NCBI RefSeq assembly: GCF_964355755.1
Contig: NC_092678.1
Coordinates: 25,065,365-25,129,364, forward strand
Direction: 5' to 3'
Length of the DNA stretch: 64,000 nucleotides
Source: Antedon mediterranea
Taxonomy: Eukaryota; Animalia; Echinodermata
Part shown: positions 35,514 through 47,130 of the stretch, one piece after another
How positions within the stretch are numbered: position 1 is the first letter of the stretch
How the letters are laid out: each line of letters opens with the position of its first letter
Program-made: the position numbers and the translations under genes
The notes under the pieces: generated by a model
Database searches by the model: none
Told to the model about the DNA's origin: nothing
What the model saw: only the letters and a program-made list of their open reading frames with translations

Positions 35514-38500
35514 ATGGCAAACAATGAACAGGATCAGGTTTGTGTAATATTATGTGCATCTTAAATCACAATTATCTCTGTAATACTATCTAGGTATGGA
35601 TGGGTAACTAATAATCAAAACAGCCTAGCCTAGCTAGCTAGGCTAGCCTAGTAGAGACCGCCCTCCCCTAGCTAGTCACTCGCGATCCTCCTACTTAGTT
35701 TAGGTGGGTGTGACTGTGAGTCTTGAACTCTACGCCTGCTGGGCCTAACTAGCGCATCTAGGGCTAGACTAGGAAGAGGTAGACCTAGATAGAGTTCGAG
35801 ACTGAGGAGAGCCTTTATATTTTGTATACGGAAGGCTAGGCTAAGCTACTGTATAATTTATTTTTAGACATTAATTTTTCGCCGTAGTTAGGATTCCGGC
35901 ACCGGAACTCAACTGCCCAGCGTTAGGGAATCCGACACGCTATTGCGCATGCCCAGAGCGAGGTAATCGGCGACTCTATACTTATCATCAACAGCGATGG
36001 ATCATTTCATAGCTGCGCCACACGGCGAACTAGCCTAGATGCCTACTAATACGGGCTGCCAGTTAGACGTGACCAATGGCCCTATTTATTTTGTAATTAA
36101 AAAGTGGTTGCTTCATTCATATATAAACTTCATATCATTATGAATTATATAATTACATGACTAGTTTTATGATTTTTCATAACGCATTATACTGTACATA
36201 ACAACATGCAATCACAAGTTGATTTGTTGACGGCAGCCACCGCGTGGATGTGAAAAAAACTGTTCGGGAAGTCAGGGTCGCAACGCTAAAAACAGCATTA
36301 CGATTCTTAGATAGATACTGATACTTATTAATATCATTATAATTATTTTAACGCGTGGCGTAGTCGTATTTTAATTATTAATTCATGTATGGCATACTGT
36401 AGGCCAAGTTTCATCCATTGCTCTCTCGCTTGCGCAACGACTATCTAGGCTACAGTAAATCCCTATAACACTCCGACTCTCGGTGGTGTGGTGTGTGTGG
36501 CACTATAAGTGCAAGCTATAATTCACTTCCCAGAGCTATGGGCATGCCCAATAGCGTGTCGGATTCCCTAACGGTGGGCAGTTGAGTTCCGGTGCCGGAA
36601 TCCTAACCACGGCGTTAATTTTTACTTATTTATTCAACTGCAAAAGAAGATTGAATACAGAATTCTAAATTAAATTAGTTAGGCCTAGTAGGCTAGGCAA
36701 TCACATCCAATGCGATAACAAATATTTAAATATGTATAACTTAAAATGTTAACAAATTAAAGTAAAAAGATGTTTATTTTTACTCGGGGTACCCGAGTCT
36801 AGTACTTACTCATTTTTTACTCGGGGTACCCGAGTCTAGTACTTACTCATTTTCTCCTCCACCATCTGGACACTATTGAGTAAAAAGTGCGATTTTTAAA
36901 GTACTACTCCTCCCTTATTAGTTGTAGTATTGAGCTGGGATTTGGCATGAACATACTACAGGGACATGTCCTCAAAGCTATAGAGCCGGATTTTTAATTT
37001 TTTGTTAATTAATTTGTTTAATTAAGAATCCACAATGTGTGACACACACCACAGCGTTATGTAGTTATATGGTTATATGCGGCTTCTTGGCGTAGTGGTT
37101 ATCACGTTTGCTCAATACGCAGAAGGTACCTGGTTCGAGCCCGGCCTAAAACTTTTTTTTTAAACTTTATGGTGAAAAGTACTGTATACGCAATATGATA
37201 ATTATACACAGTATATCTTATTATTATTTTTTTAAATACTTATTTTGTGTAATCGGTAATTATCACTATTACACATGTTTATTTTGCTTTGTGCTTATTA
37301 CCATTTATTTGTAATTTAAATGGATTAAAAAACTTTCTGTAACCCACAATTTCAATGTAAGAGGTTTCGTAGTGTAGTGGTTGTCAAGTCTGCTTAACAC
37401 ACAGAAGGTCCCGGTTCGAGCCCTGGCGAAACCTATTTTTCTTTAACTTTCTAACTGTATACGTCTGTATACAGCTTCTTTTGCTGTACCCCGAGTATTG
37501 CACATTCGTGCTTGTTTTTTCAGCCATGGAGGTTACGAGTCTTACTGGAACCAAAAGGCTTCATAAAAATATTGGAATTTGTAAGTATTTAAAGAAGCTT
37601 AATGTAAATGTTCAATTATAATGTAACATTAACAAATACCAGAGTTCTAGTAATTTTAAAATGCTGATCATTTATTTTTAAAAAAAAACTAAACATTGTG
37701 CTTTAAATTTCTGTAAAAAACTGAGGAATGTGAAATTATCGAGTCGATTCCAGACCTTTGCTGAAACAGTGCAAAAACTAATTCTTTATTTGTTAGTTTT
37801 TTTTTAAATTTTGAATGTGATCACCATGAAAATATTGTAAGAAAAATAAAAGCATATTTTTTTTATTTGTAGATACTTTCTGTGTGTATGTTTGCTACTA
37901 CTGCTGGTTATTCTGATGACTTGTTGTACAACCTATCGTGCCCAACCATGCCTGATGAAAGAAAGATACATATAGAATACCCATTCCAGTAAGTGATATT
38001 AAATTAATTCCTGTCGTTTGATAGGACGATTGTGGGTCACATGACGTGCAATAGTACGTACTATTGAATGATAATTCTATTCCAGTAAGTGCTACTATAA
38101 AATACTAGTAGATTTGATTAGTGTAAATGCAAGCATCGCAACAAATCACTGTAAATAATTAGTGTGACCCTTTTTTATGTTTTTTAATTTCGAATCCAAT
38201 TTTAAAATCAGTACAGTACTGTGATAGTGAACAGTGAAAGACAAATATATAAACTGTTAACAAATTTCACCTTCAAGTTATTCACACGTGACACTGTCTT
38301 TACCTTGCAGACTTAACACTGTGGAAGTACCAGCAGGCTGTACTTCATCTGATGATATGTACCTAGGTGGTGATGCATCAGGAGCTGCTAAGTTTTTTGT
38401 AGCCATTGGTGTACTAGCCTTCCTCTATGTTATTGCTATCACTGCTTGGTATGTGTTTTTGGAACATAAACATTTGGAATGGGATCTGGTCCCTATGGTT

Positions 38501-39613
38501 GTAAGTTTGTTGTTTTCATATTGATGGGTTGTGGATACATAGGGCAGTGATGCATTGTGGTGTGTACCATTATCGTATGTACCATTAGGGTATGTAGCAT
38601 TGTGGTATGTACCATTAGGGTATGTAGCATTGTGGTATGTACCATTAGGGTATGTAGCATTGAGGTATGTACCATTGTGATGTGTACCATTTTGGTGTGA
38701 ACCATTGCGGTGTGTAGTATTCCATTGTGGTATGTACCATTCCATTGTGGTATGTACCATTCCATTGCGGTATGTACCATTCCATTGCGGTATGTAGTAT
38801 TCCATTGTGGTATGTACCATTCCATTGTGGTATGTACCATTCCATTGTGGTATGTACCATTCCATTGTGGTATGTAGCATTCCATTGTGGTATGTACCAT
38901 TGTGGTATGTACCATTATCGTATGTATCATGATATGTAGCGTTGTAGTGTGTACCATTCCAGTGTGGTGTGTAGCATTACGGTGTGTAATGCAAGTAGGC
39001 CAGAACATTACACCACAACCATTTCTGTATTAATAAATTTATTTAAATTTCAGGATTTTGGAATTCATTGTGTATTTACATTCATGTTCTTCATTGCATC
39101 TTGTGTGTGGGCTGCAGGTGTGAATGAGGTCAAAGATCACACTGATTTTGACAACATGAAAGCAGATGTTTTAAAGGATCAGTGTAGTGGTAATCAAACC
39201 TGTAAATTAACTGAGGCACTTAGCTTTGCATCACTTAATGTGTCTTTGGTAAGAATGTTTCTTGATAATATTTATTTTTTATGATTCTAGTTATTTGCCC
39301 AAGTAAAAATATTCTTTTTTACTAAAAGTGACAAATTTGAACAATCAAGTCTTTAAGTATGTACGATTATGATTGCAAAAGTGAAAAAGCTTTACTCCAC
39401 GGTCTAGTGTGCATTGGTAGTTTTTTTTTAAATTCAAAAATAATTTCTCATTTAATATTTCAGTTGTTTGGTTTCCTGAATGTAGTAGTATGGGGTGGAA
39501 ACTGCTGGTTTGTTTACAAGGAAACATCTCTGTTTGGTAACAAGCGTGATACTGGTAACGGAGCCACAGGACCACCAGATCAAAAGGTGGAAGTACCAAC
39601 AAACACGATTTAA
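35514..39613 (+). CDS. SYP: Synaptophysin/synaptoporin-family MARVEL protein; exons 35514-35537, 37524-37580, 37873-37988, 38311-38500, 39054-39248, 39464-39613
   Basis: In-frame splicing gives MANNEQDQPWRLRVLLEPKGFIKILEFILSVCMFATT...EYPF...AKFFVAIGVLAFLY...ASCVWAAG...[26 protein letters not shown], all synaptophysin-family hallmarks. Confidence 0.92.
35880..36614. mobile_element. Non-autonomous Mutator-like (MULE) DNA transposon in a synaptophysin intron
   Basis: About 80-bp TIRs (CGCCGTAGTTAGGATTCCGGCACCGGAACTCAACTGCCCA... / ...TGGGCAGTTGAGTTCCGGTGCCGGAATCCTAACCACGGCG) flanked by a perfect 9-bp direct repeat TTAATTTTT. Confidence 0.85.
37081..37147 (+). pseudogene. Degenerate tRNA-Val-derived sequence
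   Basis: TGGCGTAGTGGTTATCACGTTTGC...ACGCAGAAGGT...GGTTCGAGCCC followed by a T-run; the acceptor stem is broken. Confidence 0.6.
37363..37432 (+). tRNA. tRNA-Val(AAC)-like sequence, probably a pseudogene
   Basis: GGTTTCGTAGTGTAGTGGTTGTCAAGTCTGCTTAACACACAGAAGGTCCCGGTTCGAGCCCTGGCGAAACC. Acceptor stem GGTTTCG/CGAAACC pairs and A/B boxes are present; anticodon and T stems have mismatches. Confidence 0.6.
38550..38990. repeat. ~20-bp minisatellite (CATTGTGGTATGTACCATTC and variants) in a synaptophysin intron
   Basis: Direct tandem units; explains the repetitive ORFs at 38425-39008. Confidence 0.9.
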
Positions 39614-41635
39614 GCACTCAACAATACACTGGTGGTAGTCACAAATTGGCATTGAATTTGTCTCTCGCGCAGCACAACAAGGGCGACATGTTAGATATCG
39701 TTACTTAAGTAGAATTATTCTTAGCGATCTAAAAAAATCAAAACCAAAAATGTTGATTAATTACAGTGCAAACAGGAGCCTTACCTGTGGAGTTGCTCAA
39801 CCAAGTCTTTGTATGTGTTTTACAGTGCAAACAGGAGCTTAGTCTTTGTATGTGTTTTCTTAGTTTACACTATTTTATATATTCATTTTGTTGTAGTTTA
39901 GGTTTTTGTATCATTTTCAATATGTTGATATTCTGATTAATTAATGTAATTTTTATTTACTTTGTATAAATTTGGGAATAATTTCGCCAGTGTAGCATAG
40001 TAAAACGCTATACAAAAACAACCTTATTGATACACATTTCTAAAATTATGTAGCAAAAAAAAAATTTTTTAGTTTTTCCTGTAAGTATGCTTCCATATTA
40101 TTATATAATATCATTTTAACATTTAGTGCCTATCACACTATTTACATTCAAAGCATTTATTTTTTGGCTCAAACTTTCGGAAGTATATCCACATGTTAGG
40201 AAATTTCGTAGTTATAACAGCCGGTAAATACATTTTTTTTTAGATAGCCAAGAGGCAGAGACCACCTTTGAACAAGGTGCACTTTCATGTCAATAAAATA
40301 ATATGTATTCATTTTAATCCATCAAGAAGAGGGTGTATGTATTATAAAATTGTAGTAAGATTATCATTTTGATGATTAAAAATGACATTTTGCACAATTT
40401 ATTTGTGCATATTATAAAATTATGCATATTATAAAATTAGGCATGTGGATCCATGATTTTCTATAAAAATTAGGATTTAAATTTGTTTAAAAATGTATTG
40501 TCCCCCAAAATCATGAAAAATAAATATTTTTAAAATTGGACTTTGAATAGGTCATTTTGCAGTTTTAATGAAGTTGTTCACTTCCATAAGAAAAAAAAAC
40601 GGGGGAAAAATTATTTCACCTATAAAAAGACAAAATAAACAGTTAAATTACCCAAAAACTCATTGTCTTCCAGACAATTTGACCATTTTTTGCTTTAAAT
40701 TACATTTTTCTCAGGTAAATAAATTTTTTTCAGACCCAATTTTTGTGAGAGTGAATAACTATTATGTGACATTAAAATAACATATTCAACAAAAAAATTT
40801 AAAAAAATATTTTTTTAGGGGGACAATATGATACAGTACAGTAATATTTTATTCATAATCAAAGATAAACATACCCTAAATAAGTAGATTTGTTATTCAT
40901 GATTTGTTCTTATATTACTTATTAATTCTTATATAAAATCTTAGTTTTAAAATCCCAGCCTTCTGTTGTTATTTTGTTATTTACAACAAAAACTATACCA
41001 GTAATGCAGTATATATGTCACAAAAAAAAAGTGTCAAAACTTTATTCAGTATTCAGTATTTATTGGTACTCACTTTCGAATCAGTGGCACACACCTTTCG
41101 GTGGTGCGTCCATACAAATATAAACAACAACATATAAAAGGAAAATGATGATAAAACTTACATAATTAACTTACAAAAAAAAAAAAAAAAAAAAACAGAA
41201 TAAAGGTACAATAGGTGAACAGTATAAATAATACATAATCATGATAAAATTACTACATAAATCGAAATAAGCACAAATATATGTTTATAATATGTACTTG
41301 AAATTATAGATATAGCAAACAGCAAGTACAAGATTTTATTTGTTTAATGATTAGTTATTGGTATATCTAACTGGTCTATCAATGTATAAACTAAATAAGC
41401 TAAAATGTCAGACTGAGAAAAAAAAAAAACAAAAAAAAAAACTTATACATAGAAAATAAAACTAAAAAACAATTGGATAACAGTATAACGATACAATAGG
41501 TCAAAAGTATAAATAATACATAATCATGATTATTTTTACAAAAATCGAGATAAACACAAATATATATGTTTATATGTATTTGAAGTTAGATAAGCAAATA
41601 AACTAGTTTATCAATGTAAAAGCCAAATAGGCTAA

Positions 41636-44600
41636 TTATTGGGGTAATGTTGGTAATTTCTTATATATATCTAACCTGGTATCCCAGGCACTTTGTAGGT
41701 ATTTTTTACAAGCCAAGTCAAAAATTTCCCCAAGAACAACGTTTTCATTATATAAATTGTCTAATAACAAATGTAATTTCATTTCAGAGGTTCCTTCGTA
41801 GAAAGATTTCCAATAATGTTCAAACCCGTTATTCATTAATTGTAATTTCATTGGGTAGAAGATTTCTTCTCTTAATTTACTAAATGTATTACATTCTAAC
41901 ATAAAGTGTGCGATAGTTTCAGTGTCATTATTGCAGAGTGCACACATACCCGTACTCGTGGGTGACCATGACTGTTTCCTACCTTCAAGGTTTAGAGAGT
42001 TCGATCTCGCCTTAAATTTCAAACAACTTCTTTTAAAGTCATTTTTGTAAAGAAGGTATGGTTCTAGTATCGGTTTATTCTTGTACAATATATATTGTGT
42101 CAGAGAAGATTTTGATTGTGCTCTCTTCTGCCATTCGTTATTATCGATATCTTTGTTCTTGCATTTAAATTGAGTTAACCACTTACCAGGTGATTCGTTG
42201 GTGAACATATCACCCATGTTACATTTATGTAAGGCTTCTTTAACCTGATTTAACCATCCCCATTTTAATTTATCTTCAAGAATGTTTATGGCGTTAAAAA
42301 TCACATTGGACCATCTGTCCTTCTCCATGTTTTTTAGGCGGTTAAAATATTTAATCCGAGAGTAGTTTTGAAGCGATTCTAGTGATTGCCAGCCCAAGTC
42401 ACCATATAGAGCCTCTTTTGCAACGTTACGCGGAGCCTTAAGAATGGTTCTCGCCATTAAAAACTGCAGGTTTTCAACTTTTGCCATTGTTGTTTTTCCG
42501 TTACAGTACCAAACTGAGCATGCGTAATTAATGGTAGGGATTCCGATAGATTTCCATAATAGGTCCCCGTAATAAATTCTGTTAAAATCATCTTGTTCAT
42601 TTATAATGGATTTAATATAGGCCTATGCAATGATGCGATTACCCTTCTTGATAACTTCGTCTATGTGAAGATTGTCCGACAACGTACGAGAAATATATAC
42701 TCCCAAGTATTTGTATTTATCAGTTTCTGTTATAGAATTGTTTCCTAACCTCCATTTTCTATATAAGTTGGTCCTTTGTCTTGTGATAAGGACATTTGAT
42801 TTATCATAATTAAATGACATTTTCCATTCTTTAGCAAATTCTGTAGTAGTTTGTAGGAGCATTTTAAGTTCCTTCTCGTTTTCTCCTATTAGCACGACGT
42901 CGTCGGCCCATAATAAACAATTAATTTTAGTGTTAAAGATGTTAACACCTAGATCTGAGTTGTTAAGCATTATACGTAATTCATTGATGTATATTGAGAA
43001 GAGTGTTGGCGATAACGAGCATCCCTGTTTAACACCTTCATCGATATCAAATAACTCCGTCTCTAAATTAGCAAATTGGACCTTACATTTAACATTCTCA
43101 TATAAATTTTGTACGATATTAATTAGGTTACTTTTTATACCGATTCGGCGTAATGCTTTTATTAGTCCTTCTCTCCAGACTGTATCGAATGCTTTTCGGA
43201 AATCAAGAAAAGCCAAAAATGACTTTTTACCCTCGGCTTGTCGAGTAGCTATCAAGCTTTTAAGGGTGAAGATATGGTCTTCACATTGTCTATCTTTACG
43301 GAAGCCCCCTTGTGCTTCGGTTAATAAATCATACTCTTCAAGAAATTCTGATATTCTTCGAGAAATTATTCGGCTATAGATCTTAGCAATGCATGAGTTT
43401 AAGGTAATTCCTCTATAGTTATCTAAATTTCGCCGGTCGCCTTTTTTAAATATAGGAACTATTGTGCCGTTGTTCCATTCATCTGGTATACATTCGAGAT
43501 GGGAGAGCCTTTTAAACAGTTTATACAGTGTTGCAACAATTGTGTTACCGCCGTTTTTTATCAATTCGTTAGAAATATTATCATTGCCCGGGCTTTTGTT
43601 GTTTTTACATAGGGAGACTGCGTATTTTACATCTTCACATGAGAATTCGAGTTTATCCAGAGTAGCGGTTTGAAAATTCATGTTGTAGCTGTCAGCTAAA
43701 TTGTCATTAAATAGATCATTCTCTACATCTAAGTTTTTCTTACCTAAGGTATTAAAGTAATTGGTTAACGAGGACTTAATTATGGGTGCGTCTGATGTTA
43801 CATTGTCCGTTCCCGGAATTATTATAGATGTAACATTGTTTGTTCGTTTATTTCCTTTTAAAACTGACCAGAAGTCTCTAGACTGAGGTCCGCCTTTTTC
43901 CATTATTTTTGAACATCTATCCATCCGGATTTGCATCATTTTTTGTCTAATTAATGTTTTACATTCGTTTCGTTTAGTTTGATAATCTTTCCAGAGATTA
44001 TCTCTTATAGTTTTATTAAAGTCAGAATTAGTTTTGTTCTTACAATATATTCGGTGTGCTCGACACGCTTTTTTTCGTTTTTCCATTGACTGTTCAATAT
44101 CACAATCAAACCATTGTTTACTTTTTCTGGACTGTTTTTTATAGCCTATTGTCTCTTCGGCAGCAGACACTACAAGGCGTTTCCACGATTCCCAAGCTTC
44201 GTTAGCATTTAAATGGGCTGGGTCCCAGTTAGTGAATTTAGATTCAAGGTCCTCTTGGAACGTTGTCCAATCGTGGTTATACTTTATATCCCATCGTTGT
44301 TTAAATGTTTCAGGGATTGTGTTATTATTATTAAATGATTCCACATTCATATCAATTATAATCATGTTATGATCGCTACCTATGTGAAAGTTACATTGGT
44401 CATCTATCATGAATTCATTTATATCTTTTTGAATATTTGCTGATACAAGACCATAATCCAAAACACTTTTATGTTGATTCTTTACCCACGTAAATACTCC
44501 TGTACATTTTTCACTACCGTTGAGGATAAACAGATCACCATCATTACTAAAATCAATAAGTCCTTGACCATTATAGTTTATAGATTCGTCTCCATCGTTA

Positions 44601-45307
44601 ATCAAGTGACCAATTTTGCCGTTGAAATCTCCAAGAATTATTATTTTAGCATCATTGTCATTTTGAGAGATCTCTAAATTTTCCGCTAATAAGGAGACAA
44701 ACATCTCATCAGTCAAGTTGCGATCGGTTCCTTCACATGGAAAATAAACTAAAGCTATGTAATATATTGAATTGGTAGAACTATTAAATTGCACTTTTAC
44801 CCATAGTCGTTCGAGGGTATCACATCTCGTATCTAATACATTGTCATCTATGATCTTAATGTCGTCCCTAATTAGGAAGCCGATCCCGCCTTGACTTTTT
44901 TTAGTATATGATGATCTATTTTTCCCAATCCAATTGTAACCTTTGATTTGTATTTCTTCCTTATCTTTTAGAAATGATTCGACTATTCCAAATAAATTAA
45001 TTTTATTGATGTTTACAAATTTTTGGATATCATACTTTTTGCTTTTGTAGCCTCTGATATTATTGTATGCTATTTTAATGTTAGTATTAGTATTACATGA
45101 TTTAGATTTCTTTTTACCTCGTCTAACTTTAACATGTTTATGATTAATCTTATTTGGAGGCACGTAGTTTAACATAGGATCAGGATTTACACTATTGATA
45201 CTAGCGATATCTTCGCTATTTTTGTTAATTGTTATCTCATTTATACAGGTATTGTTATTACATTCGTCAATTAAGAAATCGTATATATTGTCATGATTAA
45301 AAGACAT
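41636..45307 (-). pseudogene. LINE ORF2 (AP endonuclease, reverse transcriptase, C-terminal Cys/His motif) interrupted by one in-frame TAG at 42623-42625
   Basis: Motifs YNNIRG, GDFNG, LDY, SDH, SPGNDNI, NYRGITL, QGGFR, FLDFRKAFD, GVKQGCSLSPTLF, LLWADD, YKYLGV. The 45 codons between ORFs 42623-45307 and 41636-42487 are open and in frame. C-terminus has CALC...HFMLEC. Confidence 0.93.
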
Positions 45308-45370
45308 TACATTACCCCGCAGGTTTCTCCTGGTTGGTTCAGGATCGGCGTTTACTTCATTGCCTGTTTC

Positions 45371-46612
45371 CTATGGAAGTCGACATTGATAGTTCTTATG
45401 TCCAAATTCGAAGCATCCGTGACATTGTACTGGTTTACCATGTTTACAGTCTTTCATCTGATGGTTCCTTTCACCACAGTAGTAACATCCGGTTCTGTTT
45501 GTTTGTATTTGTCTACTATTGTGTCGATAATTTAAGTTAGTGTTTGGACGGTGCTGTTTGTTGCGATATCCCTGTGTTCCTATCGGCGACGAGTAGTGGC
45601 CTGATGAAGTTCGGTGCGATTTGTTTGTTTCTTTATCTTTCACAATCCTGTGTACTTTGTTGATATTGGTCAGTAATTTCTTCGTTCCGTAGTTGCTGAG
45701 GTGAAGTCTACTCCTATTGAGGGATCCACTTTCACATTCGTTATTGTACAGTTTGAAGGTTGTGTCGTTGTCAATTATTTTACAGTCCTCTTTTGACGCG
45801 ATTCCTTTGATTTCCCTGTTCAGTTTGTCTACTCTACCTTGATGTTCCATAACATCTTGTCTAGGACATATTGTTGATAATATAATGGATGTGCTGGGCG
45901 ATTTCGTTTTAACATCCTGTATTATTTGTGCGAACTCGTTTGGGGCGTTGTTTGCATCCTCGTCTTTTGTGCAGTCGTTCGTTCCGCCATGAATTATTAT
46001 GGTATCAAAACTGTTCGCGTCTAGTGATCTCAATGATTCTTTTATATCTTTCATTTTTGCTCCGGGTAGACAAGAAACTTTAGTCTTCAGCAATCCTCTT
46101 TCATTAATATTCTTGATTATTGAGTCTCCTATAATAAGGGTGTCTGTGTTCAATGGTATACCATTTGTTCTTTCGTGTAGATCTTTGGTACGGTCATTCT
46201 TTGTTTGGTCACACATAGCATTGCGTTGCAGTTCTAAGTCATCTTTTAGTTGTTTATTTTCCTGTCGAAGAATGTTATTTTGCTCTTTGATCTCATTGAT
46301 GATTTTAAATTGTTTATCTAATGATTTTCGTAGTGAAGTTATAGTGTTTGGTATTCCTCTACATGATTCGCAAAACCAACTGGTTGCTCGCTTTCCAGTT
46401 GCGGAGATTCCAATACATTGTGGGTGAAAATCAGTTTGGCAAAATGAGCATTCGATGCTTTTTCCTTTGGCGATATGATTTAACATACAATGCTCTACAC
46501 ATTTAATCGTCCGATTAGTGATACTAGACGTGCTTGTTGAAGGTTGTTGTGATTTGGTTTGCGAGCTTTGAGGGGATTGAGGTCTCGGAGGTGTTCGGTT
46601 TGTAGACGCCAT
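45371..46612 (-). CDS. LINE ORF1: PHD finger, coiled coil, SGNH/GDSL esterase-like domain, two CCHC zinc knuckles
   Basis: CSFCQTDFHPQCIGI...WFCESC; LIIGDSII; HGGTND; LHLS; CYYCGERNHQMKDC and CHGCFEFGHKNYQC. Confidence 0.9.
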   Translation of the reverse strand: MASTNRTPPRPQSPQSSQTKSQQPSTSTSSITNRTIKCVEHCMLNHIAKGKSIECSFCQTDFHPQCIGISATGKRATSWFCESCRGIPNTITSLRKSLDKQFKIINEIKEQNNILRQENKQLKDDLELQRNAMCDQTKNDRTKDLHERTNGIPLNTDTLIIGDSIIKNINERGLLKTKVSCLPGAKMKDIKESLRSLDANSFDTIIIHGGTNDCTKDEDANNAPNEFAQIIQDVKTKSPSTSIILSTICPRQDVMEHQGRVDKLNREIKGIASKEDCKIIDNDTTFKLYNNECESGSLNRSRLHLSNYGTKKLLTNINKVHRIVKDKETNKSHRTSSGHYSSPIGTQGYRNKQHRPNTNLNYRHNSRQIQTNRTGCYYCGERNHQMKDCKHGKPVQCHGCFEFGHKNYQCRLP

Positions 46613-47130
46613 ATTTAAGATTTAATTTAGGATCTATGTCGAATTAATTATTATTATAACTATCATTTGGTATCTGGTTCATTCAGATCGTTCAGATAAC
46701 TTCTTATAATAGTTCTGGAACGTTTTCCGACTTACAGTTATCCAGATAAATATACAGCACCCAGACGGTCTAAATATTTCAATGATGTAGGATAGCTTGG
46801 TTGGCGTGGTCCAGCAGTATTAGCGTGGGCCTAAACAAGCTGTCTATTGTTCTCTATCTATACAGGACGCTATCTTTCCCCAGTGAGAGATGTACACTTC
46901 TGCTACGTTGGCCTTGGAAATTTAGTAAAATAGTTATATGAAAACTCACCATTTACTGCTTATTTTCTCAAGATATAAACTATGGTTGGATTCCTCAAGT
47001 TGAGATATACCTAACGTTATACCTTTTAAATAAACATGTTGTTGAAGACTTGAAGAAATTCAGCTAAATTGAGATTAGAATTTAAACGTCCCGCGTCTCG
47101 TCCCTCGTAGTTCGAGCCTATCAGTACAAC

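Larger units (their letters stand above)
36777..37515 (+). mobile_element. Helentron-associated (HINE/DINE-1-like) non-autonomous element containing two tRNA-Val-like sequences
   Basis: 12-bp inverted repeats TACTCGGGGTAC (36781, duplicated at 36818) and GTACCCCGAGTA (37486-37497), a 3' hairpin GCAC-ATTC-GTGC, and T-runs on both sides. Confidence 0.65.
41041..47100 (-). mobile_element. Near full-length non-LTR retrotransposon (CR1/L2-group-like); 5' boundary uncertain
   Basis: Intronless ORF1 and ORF2, long 3' UTR, and a 3' end reading AATAAA-TACTGAA-TACTGAA-TAAA on the minus strand. Confidence 0.92.

Noticed and set aside
38425-39008. His/Met/Thr-rich repetitive ORFs
   Set aside because: Antisense readings of an intronic minisatellite.
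40330-40880. Possible decayed TIR element (TTGTCCCCCAAAA / TTTTAGGGGGACAA)
   Set aside because: The inverted match is short and no TSD or clear ends could be defined.
41061-41115. Possible hammerhead ribozyme (CTGA...GAAA)
   Set aside because: The core CUGAUGA is absent and the motif order does not fit; treated as a LINE 3' stem-loop instead.
41175-41195. A-run as the LINE poly(A) tail
   Set aside because: Wrong strand: the element is on the minus strand, so this is a U-run inside the 3' UTR.
42930-46427. Plus-strand ORFs such as 42930-43379 and 45999-46427
   Set aside because: Antisense shadows of LINE ORF1 and ORF2 with no recognisable motifs.
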